Below, in pieces: positions 56,501 through 64,000 of a stretch of 64,000 bases of DNA. This DNA is from a virus, in the IMG/VR virus record IMGVR_UViG_3300042374_000295, positions 4,394-68,393 of that record. One strand, written 5' to 3'. A program made the translations under genes and the position numbers. The notes beneath the pieces are model-generated. The model was not told the origin of the DNA and made no database searches. It worked only from the letters and a program-made list of their open reading frames with translations. Every line of letters begins with the position of its first letter. Position 1 is the first letter of the stretch.

Positions 56501-56932
56501 TGTAGCGCCTGTGGCTACTGGTGGTGTTTCTGTTTGTGGTGGGCCTACTGGCTCCTCTTCAAATGTTTGAATGGTTTGAATGGTTCCTGTAGAGCCGGTT
56601 GTTCCTGTCTCTCCAGTTGGAATTATAGGCGCTTCTATTTCTTCCGGCCCAACAGGCTCAACAATCTCTTCAGAAACGATTGGGGCTTCAACCTGTGATG
56701 GTAACTGTGATTCTCCACTTGAGAATCCTGAATCTGTATCTTCTTTTTTTTTTACAGACGGGGCAATATAGCTTGCCATTTCCTCTTTTGACGCAAACTC
56801 TCCAGAGTCTTTGACAATGTCAAATATGTCGTCGTAGTTTGCAGGATCTGATGCGTAGGCTTTAAATTCTTCCTCGTCTTTAAAATAACCCTTAGGCATT
56901 TTTTCATATAGTTCTAACAGTCTGTCTGCCAT
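47504..56932 (-). CDS. Giant polyvalent internal virion protein (zincin, glycosylase-like, GNAT-like and other domains)
   Basis: 3142 aa; WHEASH; WY...AITS...GPK...TLDRW...QAILW; ADAF...YYSRFGF; VLFVEEIQSDW. Confidence 0.75.
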   Translation of the reverse strand: MADRLLELYEKMPKGYFKDEEEFKAYASDPANYDDIFDIVKDSGEFASKEEMASYIAPSVKKKEDTDSGFSSGESQLPSQVEAPIVSEEIVEPVGPEEIEAPIIPTGETGTTGSTGTIQTIQTFEEEPVGPPQTETPPVATGATGATGTVKTVKEGYREDGTKKGPGWIPGAKTSKGKALDTEYPVAVMLDNKKVYIPLLVPTLTKAEMDWLGNGGNIDDGSSIANSIFNKAAKYAESRMVESKSPFASKEDVMAGPKKPESTEMGTWKGLGSIDMSTGKPMNDSDNLRLAPVYGKDASGKVVRLDTPRTQSNVTNRISRIKPIMAADVARANSAENTKKVDAWREVSSDVKAEGYTNTQDYFDEKLSWYAETELNEDQKQEYSYVKSLNDIKKRLAELEPYINGSKTSTNDGSMVSAQGGKTMADEYRDLLVKKMQVESEYQKYIKDMNVKIDAQIDELKMDGVADSDFRVLNLRAIKDRFLKDPAEVIKTVAKQSQPLIEKFSVPGNTAQERLVNLYLILGKRFDKVSKSMPTNLIEWINVNMPNIDPFAMMSMTGEADWGEYEYLRPRMGSNPKERKLVDEYFLIKKQMAVLAPVLLINRNPFASGMQVGFYDKYQQLLATQGNNIVTTRQDISSIIENATALANIEVSEMTRAANKQQKAAKSYEAPIASIEFASDTIASSIAAMQLIATSAAALEFVPGMSAAELETTITALKATRTGAWIGRGMGAIKSGISYEVAGKIAPKGSDLKEDLTFFAGVLGFAGEKLVGKVISKGNLVNTFSYLFGKNADKAMQVVVKMGEAIGAGLGETAQEYSEGFGSLVDLYLATGDGEKVMQDFEAQFGTLDKNLRIIIASMVMGTFMGAGTAIGRASTKKNKEIYDQLTPTQKATMDKITAQMAADRNAAIVAGKRERIKKMGKKAITPEVTPQQQADKEAAIEVLNNPNSTEEQKSEAIKVADEVIQQEKDARISRQAETGVTYEEEAQVLSEEDLTDLNQRKDSAESLIAQSENGQIDLMPEVKENLQAEIAGISEQLAAHDNVVQKNNDYKATVEEPSVQKSVQEVSSKQRNEADFANEKESYRVIVGDEAFNDIVNSGKVRVGLSQESRDNAEKTASEGGINLDRRGTTPSPSFAKGKAAMNYAKGNPNNYIIVTEDASLQPSTLGRHGKGSTMFPTDANGRHLRELNGDKVKVYKHIGDGKYELVYENGKVVEQSSAKGEAKTTTSKPVPSENATSKVQPTKADIQKKVQETEAKIKRKDLFEGVGSFSKKLGGSDVESVPTNHTEKKGVEYVEYSNPKTGEVDIIITGKSDNNSVGYYRIYENGKPTNKWSSKIETDNKQDFKEMVAGVQSLLPPGHEYTETTSISTDGLRIWEQQLNRGYELQYDKDGNVVTNRVAINKAAKVNELGVPVQKGFGKLLVTNKENQDKVKEALLPYLKKLGLNENNIHITNGIVEIDLPILKSNLKTASTTSLTTKTEPTPTSGDVQASEKVAKATDKVLSNVSEGQKAVLGRMKGAVNQVAKSLGLNLEGKSDTRAMSEAYEAALNVPSSERTKPQTDLIKAVDLARREGAADRAAQSLKSSGIKVKFVTSEEIAKATQKRGGEAGAEGVFMSDSGEILIDRKNFEAGYGSTVIWHEASHPVLNIIRNTDSKLYGAAVRGLKAAVKANPKSGLEKVINWADREYTKDGESTLNDEKLTEAIARIADGKIDLDTIPKSSKQAVIDFINKIAKALGLGQIINDTDMAKFKKLAGDIASVLNEGRDISEIVGKENVGKYVSSIGGAQKSAVRVMQGKENMAKYGLKGNKAKTREVGEALEERQRQKYGIISKNDRSPEAKKKISSWMMEEIEYFTEAMGENSGKGWYGEKYQKGLDAMAEIFPEMKKDQNARDLFTMLVAITSDGEKVLSNFKLAALAYSGYVESGKKSVSSTLPGMRQASFSANLSRINSLLKQYKGDIQAMKKDLLEVKSIRDINAERKAQGEKALTTSWPVDFNAPLAASVFGPKLGMFYSNLSGKEDYPTLDRWWSRTFNRYRGNVIPQIKRGFNTKGEPLGIDRIKALLKNPKMSDDNAMIAIINNRDSYAAKGFKRGTELEKAANTVYKTAFENLNDSPENKTDRQFMYDTVADAVERLNAKGYDLSIADAQAILWYFEKNLYKTLGVQAKIEGISYEDAARITVQKFKENNSLKYNIDENEDQDQIEEEDDNIEKTEESVQESKAGSREDLQRTEKGINFETDETRKTKQTTTPAGFKVDRPVAGVSSRLDTKSGGPRGFKRRDTQEVRYIGTDDVKVSAIYTPEESVKKGILKFNKDATIDKEILEISNDPEAFHKFISQAKVSNPNGASVYVYEDEQTREHQYDDMRLFITPDGEAGVALKPNGDMVSGFASVNKTGVKKPYRIAQLLVLAIKEGALKADAFNTALPGYYSRFGFRGVAKSTFNEDYAPAAYTDKYGNKHKAWEKEQFKDYQGGLPDVVYFVYDGGDRNTIENRLGTFEPYKAYEDIVPLVGDPDEGAVLQAKALGVKPQASKGDRGETAMVNGVEEKVKPLPGGIDIVDGFYSPLEKKIAEFKQPNASATKWKNEIGSKDEVQFSGILEWLNSKRPDEQIKKTEIQQFIKDNRVEIKEIEKTSESKFNNRPKFKRYSLPGDMENYKEIVVVLPNKTKDALVARTAEIDQRIEEVDNELMSARTYKKVGDTGTVNDFQLEITNQEDFDRLTAEKNKLQKERESNFKKIEIEKDEEFRYPGHYDEADVLVHTRLNTRNDSNGNKVLFVEEIQSDWGQKGKKKGFKTKEDLLAEKEYEEAEAKSDEAERKLNEAYRAYRVNDPGASLQDAAEKGPPEIKILNRAYREAYAQTKEKEALLVPFSSLRLKTAPYVQKTNSWAKLGLKIALKQAVEAGAKSIAWTTGEQQIERYDLRKDVDRISYKKNENGTYDVNASKEGVSLGYENNVKPEKLEDFFGKDIAQRIIDGEGGVSLAQGMQNDLTGEQLAFGGAGMIGFYGNQERLGIIGETAIALVEELTGKKGEIVEVTIDAAEKGMSTQSAIEITPALEASVKQGMPQFSKGGRDVQATFSQATDLFYQIRETEGAAKKKRLADERKALMDANPSVKYIDDNIKNIIDQLEKNNKATRKGNCP

Positions 56933-56942
56933 CTTTTTTTTA

Positions 56943-58358
56943 TTATTGGTTTAAATATGCGTCAAATTGAGCTCGTGTTCCACTTGGGTTTGCTTTCTTC
57001 CACTCTGGCCAAGATACCTTAGCCTTGTATGTTGAGTTTAGTGATGCCTTTTTTGCTTGTAGTTTTTTGTATGTATCTGTGTGCTTAGCCATACCCTCGC
57101 CGTTTATAACCTTATAGGCAGGAACCCACACATCAACATTGTCGTTGTCTGCGTTATTAAATGATCCGTACACCATAGTCTCGAAATTACCTAGGCCTCT
57201 GTCTATTAATTCTGCTACAATTTGGTCGTAGGTTCCGGTTATTTCAAGATTAACTGTGTTACCGTTCTCGTCAACTATTGGATCGTGAGATTTATATGTG
57301 ATAATTGCGTCTTCATTTCCAGGATCAAACGGTATAGGGGCAGGTATTCCGTTCTTGCTAACAAATACGTTTTGCATAATACCGCTCTTTATACTAGCCA
57401 CCTGACCTGCCATTCTGCTATTATCTGCAACATAGATGGTGTCATTGCCGCCTACCTTAGCGTTAATGCTTCCTAGTTGAGCCGCGTCGTGACCTAGTGT
57501 TGAGACGTGCGTTTCTGTAAAATCATCATATGCGGCCGGAGATGACTCAGATAATACTACATTGTTCTTTGTGCGAGTTCTTGGAGCTGCTTTAGCTGCT
57601 CTTTGAGTTCTCTTTGCCTTAGCATATTCGTACTGCTGCTTTTTGAAGTCTTCAGCATCCTTCCACAGGCCTGCCGCAACACCGTCTTCGATATGCTTCT
57701 TGTATTTAGGGTTTGTGGTCTGTAGGTTTATGTAGTCCTTTATTTGAGCATCCGACTTGTATGTATTGCCAACGCTTGCACCAACTAAGTATTGGTCAAG
57801 TGGAGCGTCTTTTATTACAACATAGTCAGTTATATTTTGCTTCTTACGCTCTTCTAATGGAAGGTTCATGAACTCATTTAATCCTGCAACAGTTTTATCG
57901 TAGTCGTATTTAGCAGGGTTAGCCTTTGCTGTGTTAGCCCAATCGTAATAATCTTTCTCCGTAGTAACCGAGTAGTCTATATCATTTTTAATTAAAGCTT
58001 CTTCTTCCCAAAACTTTTGAGTGTCTGGGTTGTTGTAGTCCTTAAGGTCAATTCCCTGAGATCTTAACTCCGCGTGTCTTTGCTTCAAAGCCGCTACCTT
58101 AGGTCTAAATATATTTTCTCTGTCTTTATGAAAACCTTTTTGGTCTAGCTTTATTATCTCGTTTTGTATCTTTTTGTCTTCTTGATCTTTAGCCTGTTGC
58201 TCTGCCTCCTGCTCCTTTATTATGCCTTCCCCTTCTTTTTTAAGACCAGCAGCAATTTCATCTAATGGAGTTTTACCTAACTTACTTTGAGGCGACTTAA
58301 AGACTGCCGCGCCTGTACCTGCCGTTCCTTTATTTACTATTCCTAATGCGTCTATCAT
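56943..58358 (-). CDS. Internal virion/ejection protein
   Basis: Gly-rich N-terminus, helical, between the tail gene and the giant gene. Confidence 0.55.
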   Translation of the reverse strand: MIDALGIVNKGTAGTGAAVFKSPQSKLGKTPLDEIAAGLKKEGEGIIKEQEAEQQAKDQEDKKIQNEIIKLDQKGFHKDRENIFRPKVAALKQRHAELRSQGIDLKDYNNPDTQKFWEEEALIKNDIDYSVTTEKDYYDWANTAKANPAKYDYDKTVAGLNEFMNLPLEERKKQNITDYVVIKDAPLDQYLVGASVGNTYKSDAQIKDYINLQTTNPKYKKHIEDGVAAGLWKDAEDFKKQQYEYAKAKRTQRAAKAAPRTRTKNNVVLSESSPAAYDDFTETHVSTLGHDAAQLGSINAKVGGNDTIYVADNSRMAGQVASIKSGIMQNVFVSKNGIPAPIPFDPGNEDAIITYKSHDPIVDENGNTVNLEITGTYDQIVAELIDRGLGNFETMVYGSFNNADNDNVDVWVPAYKVINGEGMAKHTDTYKKLQAKKASLNSTYKAKVSWPEWKKANPSGTRAQFDAYLNQ

Positions 58359-58364
58359 ATTGTT

Positions 58365-59093
58365 TTACTGTTTAGGTAGTCCTGCCTTTGGGTCGCCAGT
58401 AGCCTTAGATCCGTATTGGAATCCATCCTTTTTGGCTTTTAGTTCGTTTAACTTTTTTTGTTGTTCTACGGCAGACAGTCCGCCTGCTACCAAGCCACCT
58501 ACGCCAGATAGTCCAGAATACAGATTCTCGTAAGACGCTTGTCTTAATGCAGATTCTGCGCCTTTGGCCGCTTGGTATGGTTGATTTTGGTTATATTCGA
58601 ATTGCTTATCTTGGTAATTACCAAGTCTTAATAACGCTTGATTCAACTGACCTTGTTGACCTAGCCAGTTTTGGCCAGCTTTCATTCCAATGTCCTGTAA
58701 TCCTTGATTTTGAGACGCATATAGCTTTGCCACGTTTGATGCAAGGTCAGCTGGATTAGCTGCCACGTTTCTCATTTCAGCAATGCCCTTAGCTGTATTT
58801 TGTCCAAGTCTTCCCTCCATCAGGTTTTGGCCTGGCAGCTCTCTCATACTTGCTAAGTACTTAGACTGATTAACGGCATCTAATACTCCTTGAGGGATAT
58901 TGTATTTAGGTCTTTCAATTTTTGCAAATTGATTTAATTGATTTTTTTGTTTAGCTGCCTTTATTAAATCCAATGCAATAGGTATGCCTTGGGCCCCCAA
59001 AGTTGCCCATCCTGCTGGAGTCATTAAAGCTCCTGCTGTTGCTGCTGCTCCTGCTGCTGTCCCTCCAGCGGCTACTAATCCTGGTAATGCCAT
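58365..59093 (-). CDS. Internal virion (pilot/ejection) protein
   Basis: A/G-rich N-terminus, Q-rich coil, G-rich hydrophobic C-terminal segment. Confidence 0.6.
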   Translation of the reverse strand: MALPGLVAAGGTAAGAAATAGALMTPAGWATLGAQGIPIALDLIKAAKQKNQLNQFAKIERPKYNIPQGVLDAVNQSKYLASMRELPGQNLMEGRLGQNTAKGIAEMRNVAANPADLASNVAKLYASQNQGLQDIGMKAGQNWLGQQGQLNQALLRLGNYQDKQFEYNQNQPYQAAKGAESALRQASYENLYSGLSGVGGLVAGGLSAVEQQKKLNELKAKKDGFQYGSKATGDPKAGLPKQ

Positions 59094-59113
59094 TACAATA
59101 ATGTTTATTTCTA

Positions 59114-59144
59114 CAAAACTAATGAAAATCTTATAGTTTTGTTA
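59114..59144 (-). promoter_or_regulatory. Late-class promoter TAACAAA-N16-TAGTTTTG
   Basis: Recurrent motif with fixed spacing. Confidence 0.6.
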
Positions 59145-59147
59145 ATT

Positions 59148-62100
59148 TTATTTGCTCAACGGACTAGGAACAGATGTTATTAATACAGAATATAAAACTG
59201 TTTCATCGATGTCGCTGTTTTCTATTTCCTGAACCAGCACCTGGCCCCTAAGCTTTCTACCTCCCATTAAGGCTGCCTCCTGTGTAGGAAAGTTCGGAGT
59301 GTTTGCATCCCTTAAATAGTCAGCATATGCTACACTTTCCTTCCATCTGAACTTAGCAGGCAGTAATCTTGATGCCATCCCGGTAGGGTAACCCGTGCTT
59401 GCAGGGATTGTTATATCGCCAATGTCAGGGGATGACCATATCTTACTGCTATAAATTGCAACAGATGCAAAGTTTTTAATTGTTAAATAGTCCGTATTGG
59501 CCACAAACTTAACCTTTGTTGAATACTGTATGCCGTAGAAATTATTTCTGGCAACTGTCTGATCATTGTGCTCCCATAGAGCGCCATCCTTAAAACTAAC
59601 AAATGTTAGGGCGTTGCTTCCGTAATACTCTGGAGTGTAACTTAGCTTTGTCTTCCACTTGTTGTCTGGGGTGTGATATACGATTGTTTGATTAGGAATA
59701 ATGTTACCTGTTGTGTCTATAAAGGTTACGTTTATATACGCGTTGAATATATCCATAGAACAGTACACATATATATTGCTAGTATCCTTTATCTTCTGGG
59801 CGATATTTCTAAAGTAGGTTTTTGCCTTGTAGTCACTGATAGGCATCATTCCATTCGGAGCATCTTGAATAAATGCGCCTGTGTTCACATCAAAGAAGTA
59901 CATATGACGGTCGTCGACGCACACGCTTTCTGGGTGGTCGCACCCGTAGTCTAGCTCACTTGGATTCTTATTGCCCAACACCTTGTCTGTTAAGGTTAGT
60001 TGAGAATCTCCGTTTGCATTGAAGATCATGTTTCTATCAATGTAAATAGATGTATTCTTTTTAGTTTGAAGAACCTTTAACGTGTAACCTACGGTGGCAA
60101 TCTTGTTGATTGGTCCGTATCTAGTGTTTACGGTATCGTAGTCTGATCCGTTGAACTGACAAAGGTCGTTTGTGTTGGTATTAGGAAAATATCTACCACC
60201 GTATCTCAAACCTTGCTCGTATCGCTTTGTCTTGCCTTCTGGAATAACAGCATATACGGCTGATATGTCTATGTTTTTAGATTCATAAAAATCAGAAAAG
60301 TTTTCAGATTCAATAACTGTTTCTATTGTTCCATCTTTGAAATATCTTCTATATATATAACAATCTCCTCTGTTTAACCTTAATATAGCTGGGGTAGATC
60401 CACTTTGATTTTGATCGTTTGCTTTATGTGCTCTATTGGCTGTTCCTGGATTAGATATTGAATATGTTTGACCTATAGAAAAATACGGTCTATTATCTTG
60501 AGCTGCTTGATTTTTATAAGAAAAAAGCTCGCATAATGTTCCTTCTTGCGTGGGCAAAATCATGCCTGCTGTTATTTGAGCAGTTGAATAACCTGTTACA
60601 GTCAGAACATTTGTAGTTACATCAAAGGCTAAAACCTTGCATTCAATGTAAGTTGTCGCATAATAATCACTGCTAGATATAAATCTCAAGTAATCGCCTT
60701 CTTCAAATTGAAAATCAACTGAAGTTACAACCCTTTCCTTTGTGATATAGTCAATTATATAGCTACAATCAATAGAGTAATTGCCATGCGAATCTGCTTT
60801 TGTTAAGTTTTTTGCTGCATCAGGATTTTGTTTTATTACAAACTGAGTGTATTTTTTTAAATTATTAAGAGCGTACACAACCTCATACTCATGAGCCCAC
60901 GCAGGTGGCTGGTGAGCTATATTTATGTCCATCCTAGATTGATAGGCTAGAGTATTGTTTAATGTTGTTTGAGCAGTTAGTATCTCTGGGAGATATGGAT
61001 TATAAACATTAAAAGTTTGATTACTTAAAACACCCCCATCTCTTCCTTGTAAATCTTTATAGACAATACCAAATGAATGCCATGCACCTTTTTTGAATGA
61101 CGTAATTTTTTGGATTGGCTTTACAACTGACAATAACTCTATTGCGGCATATTGTTTTGGTGGATCTGGCCAAGGAGAACTTATTTCAGATTGCATAGAC
61201 ACATAATTAACTACCGTAGGAACGCCAGAAATAGTTATTGTCATAGTCCCCGTCCTAATGAATGCTGGATTGGCTACAGACACTATCACATCTTTTAGGG
61301 ATGTATGTATATTTATTGGCCAATTTAATAAATCATTTGCTACAATACTGTAAGATATATCATATTCTTTTGTTATTGAAAATGTTGGATCCGTAGTTAG
61401 CACTAGCTTAAACGACACAACAGTGCCAACAACTACTAAGCTAGGATTTGTTGGTACACAAATAGACTGTTCGCGAATTGACAATGGGCCTGTTGGTAAA
61501 TTTTGAAGGTGACCTCTATTGTTAGGATCGCCTCCATCAGTAAATACAACAACGCTTGTTGTGAATTTTTGAGGATCAAATGTTCTTGCAGGTAACGCTA
61601 AAACCCCAATCCCTAAATCAACTATAGAGTTGTTGTAATTTATTTCCACACTTGGCTCAGGGTTTTGATAACCCTCAACATTGTTTGCAAAAACTTGTCT
61701 ATTCCCATCTATAATTTCTTGCGTTTTACTTAATTGAGGGACTGAATCATAGTTATTAAAATCTTCGGCTATCTCAATAAGAACCCCATCGTTATAAAAA
61801 TCATACTCATAATTAATAAAATCGTCTATTAATCTTTGATTGTCTTGATCATACTTTTGTATAGGAGAATCTAGTTTGCCCCAAATACCAAGATTACCAA
61901 ACCTAAACGCAACATCTATAGCTTTTACCGTTGGGTGACCTGTATTTAGTGTAACAATAACTTTATTGTTTGCTACAGTATTTGAGTTTATTCCAAGATA
62001 TGTTTCAGTTCCCTGCGGTAAAGTTACCCAAGAACCATCGCTCCATCTAGAATACTCATTATCATCATATATGTAACGGTATTTTACTTGGATCATCTTA

Positions 62101-62729
62101 TTCTTAATGTAATTGGTTAGTTTATCTGGGTTAAACCCTAAGCCTGCAAATGGTTCTGCTAATGGCTTGTACTTAATAAACTCAATAAACTGAATCTTTT
62201 GATTGTTTGTTCCCGTTGCAATTAAATTGTTATACGGAATATTTATTGCACTTGGAGGGAGTTGTTGTATAAAATCATAAGCTCTCTTCTTGTTAATTTT
62301 TCTTGGGCTTACATTGTTGTCCGTCCAGGTTAAGATATCGTCAAGTATGTTTGCTGAGTGAATTTTATTCTCCTTTGTAAATCCTAAGAATGATGTGTCA
62401 AACACTAGAGAGCCTAATGTAAACGGAACCAATATCGGTTCTATGGTTTTAGTCTCGCAGAAATATTCGAGAATACTATGATTGCCTATACTGTTATAAA
62501 GAAAATATATAATAGAATTTTGCTTAATGTTTCTTAAGGTTCCTATGCAGGTATTTTCACCGGCAGGCAACGTGTAGTTTTGTAGTTTGTTGCCATACAT
62601 ATTGTGAACACTTCCCCTTTGGGAAGTACCACTTGATATGTTCAGTGCGTCTATATAGTCTACCTCCCCGACGTTCCTGATGTCCGAGTCGAAGTCTAAA
62701 CCTCCTGTAAATGTTATTAGATCCTTCAT
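59148..62729 (-). CDS. Tail stabilisation/muzzle protein (crAss-like)
   Basis: FTGGLD.D.D.R.....Y.DALN, WTDN...PRKIN, YRY.Y.D.EYS, VP.....QE....NR..F.N, FGIVY.D.QGR, YGC..PES. Confidence 0.8.
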   Translation of the reverse strand: MKDLITFTGGLDFDSDIRNVGEVDYIDALNISSGTSQRGSVHNMYGNKLQNYTLPAGENTCIGTLRNIKQNSIIYFLYNSIGNHSILEYFCETKTIEPILVPFTLGSLVFDTSFLGFTKENKIHSANILDDILTWTDNNVSPRKINKKRAYDFIQQLPPSAINIPYNNLIATGTNNQKIQFIEFIKYKPLAEPFAGLGFNPDKLTNYIKNKMIQVKYRYIYDDNEYSRWSDGSWVTLPQGTETYLGINSNTVANNKVIVTLNTGHPTVKAIDVAFRFGNLGIWGKLDSPIQKYDQDNQRLIDDFINYEYDFYNDGVLIEIAEDFNNYDSVPQLSKTQEIIDGNRQVFANNVEGYQNPEPSVEINYNNSIVDLGIGVLALPARTFDPQKFTTSVVVFTDGGDPNNRGHLQNLPTGPLSIREQSICVPTNPSLVVVGTVVSFKLVLTTDPTFSITKEYDISYSIVANDLLNWPINIHTSLKDVIVSVANPAFIRTGTMTITISGVPTVVNYVSMQSEISSPWPDPPKQYAAIELLSVVKPIQKITSFKKGAWHSFGIVYKDLQGRDGGVLSNQTFNVYNPYLPEILTAQTTLNNTLAYQSRMDINIAHQPPAWAHEYEVVYALNNLKKYTQFVIKQNPDAAKNLTKADSHGNYSIDCSYIIDYITKERVVTSVDFQFEEGDYLRFISSSDYYATTYIECKVLAFDVTTNVLTVTGYSTAQITAGMILPTQEGTLCELFSYKNQAAQDNRPYFSIGQTYSISNPGTANRAHKANDQNQSGSTPAILRLNRGDCYIYRRYFKDGTIETVIESENFSDFYESKNIDISAVYAVIPEGKTKRYEQGLRYGGRYFPNTNTNDLCQFNGSDYDTVNTRYGPINKIATVGYTLKVLQTKKNTSIYIDRNMIFNANGDSQLTLTDKVLGNKNPSELDYGCDHPESVCVDDRHMYFFDVNTGAFIQDAPNGMMPISDYKAKTYFRNIAQKIKDTSNIYVYCSMDIFNAYINVTFIDTTGNIIPNQTIVYHTPDNKWKTKLSYTPEYYGSNALTFVSFKDGALWEHNDQTVARNNFYGIQYSTKVKFVANTDYLTIKNFASVAIYSSKIWSSPDIGDITIPASTGYPTGMASRLLPAKFRWKESVAYADYLRDANTPNFPTQEAALMGGRKLRGQVLVQEIENSDIDETVLYSVLITSVPSPLSK

Positions 62730-63487
62730 TATCTTTTTGGAGCTTGAGACATTGTTGAGTAAAGGTTGTCAAGGTATTCGCTTACGTTGAATGAACACTC
62801 AATAGTCTTTAATTTATATAACTCTTTGTCGTACAAGTTCTCTTTCCTTTGTTTTTCGTTCATCGGCAAACGGAAGTCATACTCAGCGGTCTTCCAGTGT
62901 AGGTAAGCTTTTAGAGCTGGTACTGCCTGACGCGGTACGATGGCTCCTCCTGCCTTAACTCCACTTGACTTGTACTCTAGTATCACTTCGTCGTTAGGCA
63001 CGTTACCGTGGAAGTATATAACCCTCCTGTTCATGTCTATCCTGTAGTATGCTATATTGAAGCCGCCACCCACGCCGTATAGAGTGTTGGTGTATCTACC
63101 GTATCTGTAGTGAGGTGCGAAGAAATAACCGCCATCAACAACGACTGATTCGGTGACGGCTTCAATAGCTACAGGGCATATTGTTTCTGGTCTTGGTAAA
63201 ATAAGGTCATTATTTACTGTTAGTGTCCACATTCTTCCTGCGATTTCCACACCAATCTTTGTCATTGTAACAAAGTCTACGGGTAGTTCGGCTGTATTTG
63301 TGTCTGGGTTAACGGCAAGATAAGCCACATCAATTGTGTTTACCTCAAACAATTGCATATCGCTATAGCCTTCAATGGCCATCTGGACGTATTTCTCTAT
63401 GTTGGTTAGTGACTTCTCGCCACGCTCAGACATAAATGATTTTACTACTTGGAGTAAACTTAGGTATGATGTTATTCTATCTGCCAT
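62729..63487 (-). CDS. Tail tubular/ring protein
   Basis: LP.DFV...KIG and VILEY.S.G...VP..A..AL.AY.HW motifs; position before the muzzle gene. Confidence 0.7.
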   Translation of the reverse strand: MADRITSYLSLLQVVKSFMSERGEKSLTNIEKYVQMAIEGYSDMQLFEVNTIDVAYLAVNPDTNTAELPVDFVTMTKIGVEIAGRMWTLTVNNDLILPRPETICPVAIEAVTESVVVDGGYFFAPHYRYGRYTNTLYGVGGGFNIAYYRIDMNRRVIYFHGNVPNDEVILEYKSSGVKAGGAIVPRQAVPALKAYLHWKTAEYDFRLPMNEKQRKENLYDKELYKLKTIECSFNVSEYLDNLYSTMSQAPKR

Positions 63488-63490
63488 TTG

Positions 63491-64000
63491 TTATTTTGTT
63501 GTTTGCATAGCTGTGCCATCGTCAACGATGTCCATAGCTTGTTTTCCTTGCATTAAGCCTAGGGTTATCTGCATAATCTCTGCTTCCTTGCCTTCTGGCA
63601 CTCCTATCTCGTCACTGCTCTCAAACTCATTGAATCTAAGAACTAGTTTAGCTAACACCTGCTTCCAGTGGCAGTCTATGTCTCCAGAGTAGTATATTTT
63701 CTGCCCTTCTACTGTATAGTAAATAAACCCAACCATTTGACCTACGTCTAATCCGTCCATCAAGAACGTGTCTGTCTGCCACCTTGGGAAGAATGCTGAT
63801 GACTCCTCCTTTGCAGGGGACACCATTCTTATTCCATTGTTATTAGTTATAGATAATATTGATACAGGTAGCACAGAGTAAAACCTGTCTCTATTGGTAT
63901 CCTTTAAGATATCTAAGAAGTATGGCTTTGTTAGAGCATCGTATCTCCATGAGTCCTTGCCCATTTCGGCCAGCATTTCTTGTGTCTGTGTTTGCTTTCT
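63491..64000 (-). CDS. Tail ring-like protein (5' end probably outside the window)
   Basis: Open frame toward the window edge; YSVLP...GIR.VSP motif; synteny. Confidence 0.5.
   Translation of the reverse strand, partial: RKQTQTQEMLAEMGKDSWRYDALTKPYFLDILKDTNRDRFYSVLPVSILSITNNNGIRMVSPAKEESSAFFPRWQTDTFLMDGLDVGQMVGFIYYTVEGQKIYYSGDIDCHWKQVLAKLVLRFNEFESSDEIGVPEGKEAEIMQITLGLMQGKQAMDIVDDGTAMQTTK

Noticed and set aside
1-64000. Stop-codon reassignment as seen in some crAss-like phages
   Set aside because: Long genes are intact under the standard code, TAG and TGA terminate plausible genes, and no suppressor tRNA is visible

Overview
The window is part of a dsDNA podovirus-type phage genome, very likely infecting Bacteroidota and related to crAss-like phages. 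The basis is the TerL-portal-scaffold-MCP gene order, ring and muzzle-type tail genes, many TAnnTTTG (-7) promoters and A-rich translation starts without a Shine-Dalgarno sequence. Late genes lie on the minus strand (1-15.3 kb packaging, head and lysis; 31-64 kb tail, ejection proteins, fibres and a second lysis-like cassette). Early and replication genes lie on the plus strand (16.2-31.8 kb). I recognised no DNA polymerase, RNA polymerase, integrase, canonical tRNA or CRISPR array. The most striking signals are non-coding. (1) The early transcript is punctuated at gene boundaries by a complete hammerhead ribozyme and three tRNA-mimic elements, two of which lack an anticodon arm; the DUF932 gene sits between the ribozyme and one mini-tRNA. 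(2) A distinct late promoter class, AACAA(C)-N16-TAnnTTTG, recurs six times, plus one N15 variant. (3) A XerCD dif-like site and a remote second copy of the initiator-gene iterons sit in the gene-poor strand-switch region. (4) Two terminators have loops complementary to upstream sequence. Notable proteins are a 3142-aa polyvalent ejection protein, a ferritin between ejection genes, a 4HB-sensor/OMP/holin/M15 cassette and a glycosyltransferase near a collagen-repeat fibre. All calls come from reading the sequence and recalling family motifs; no database searches were run.
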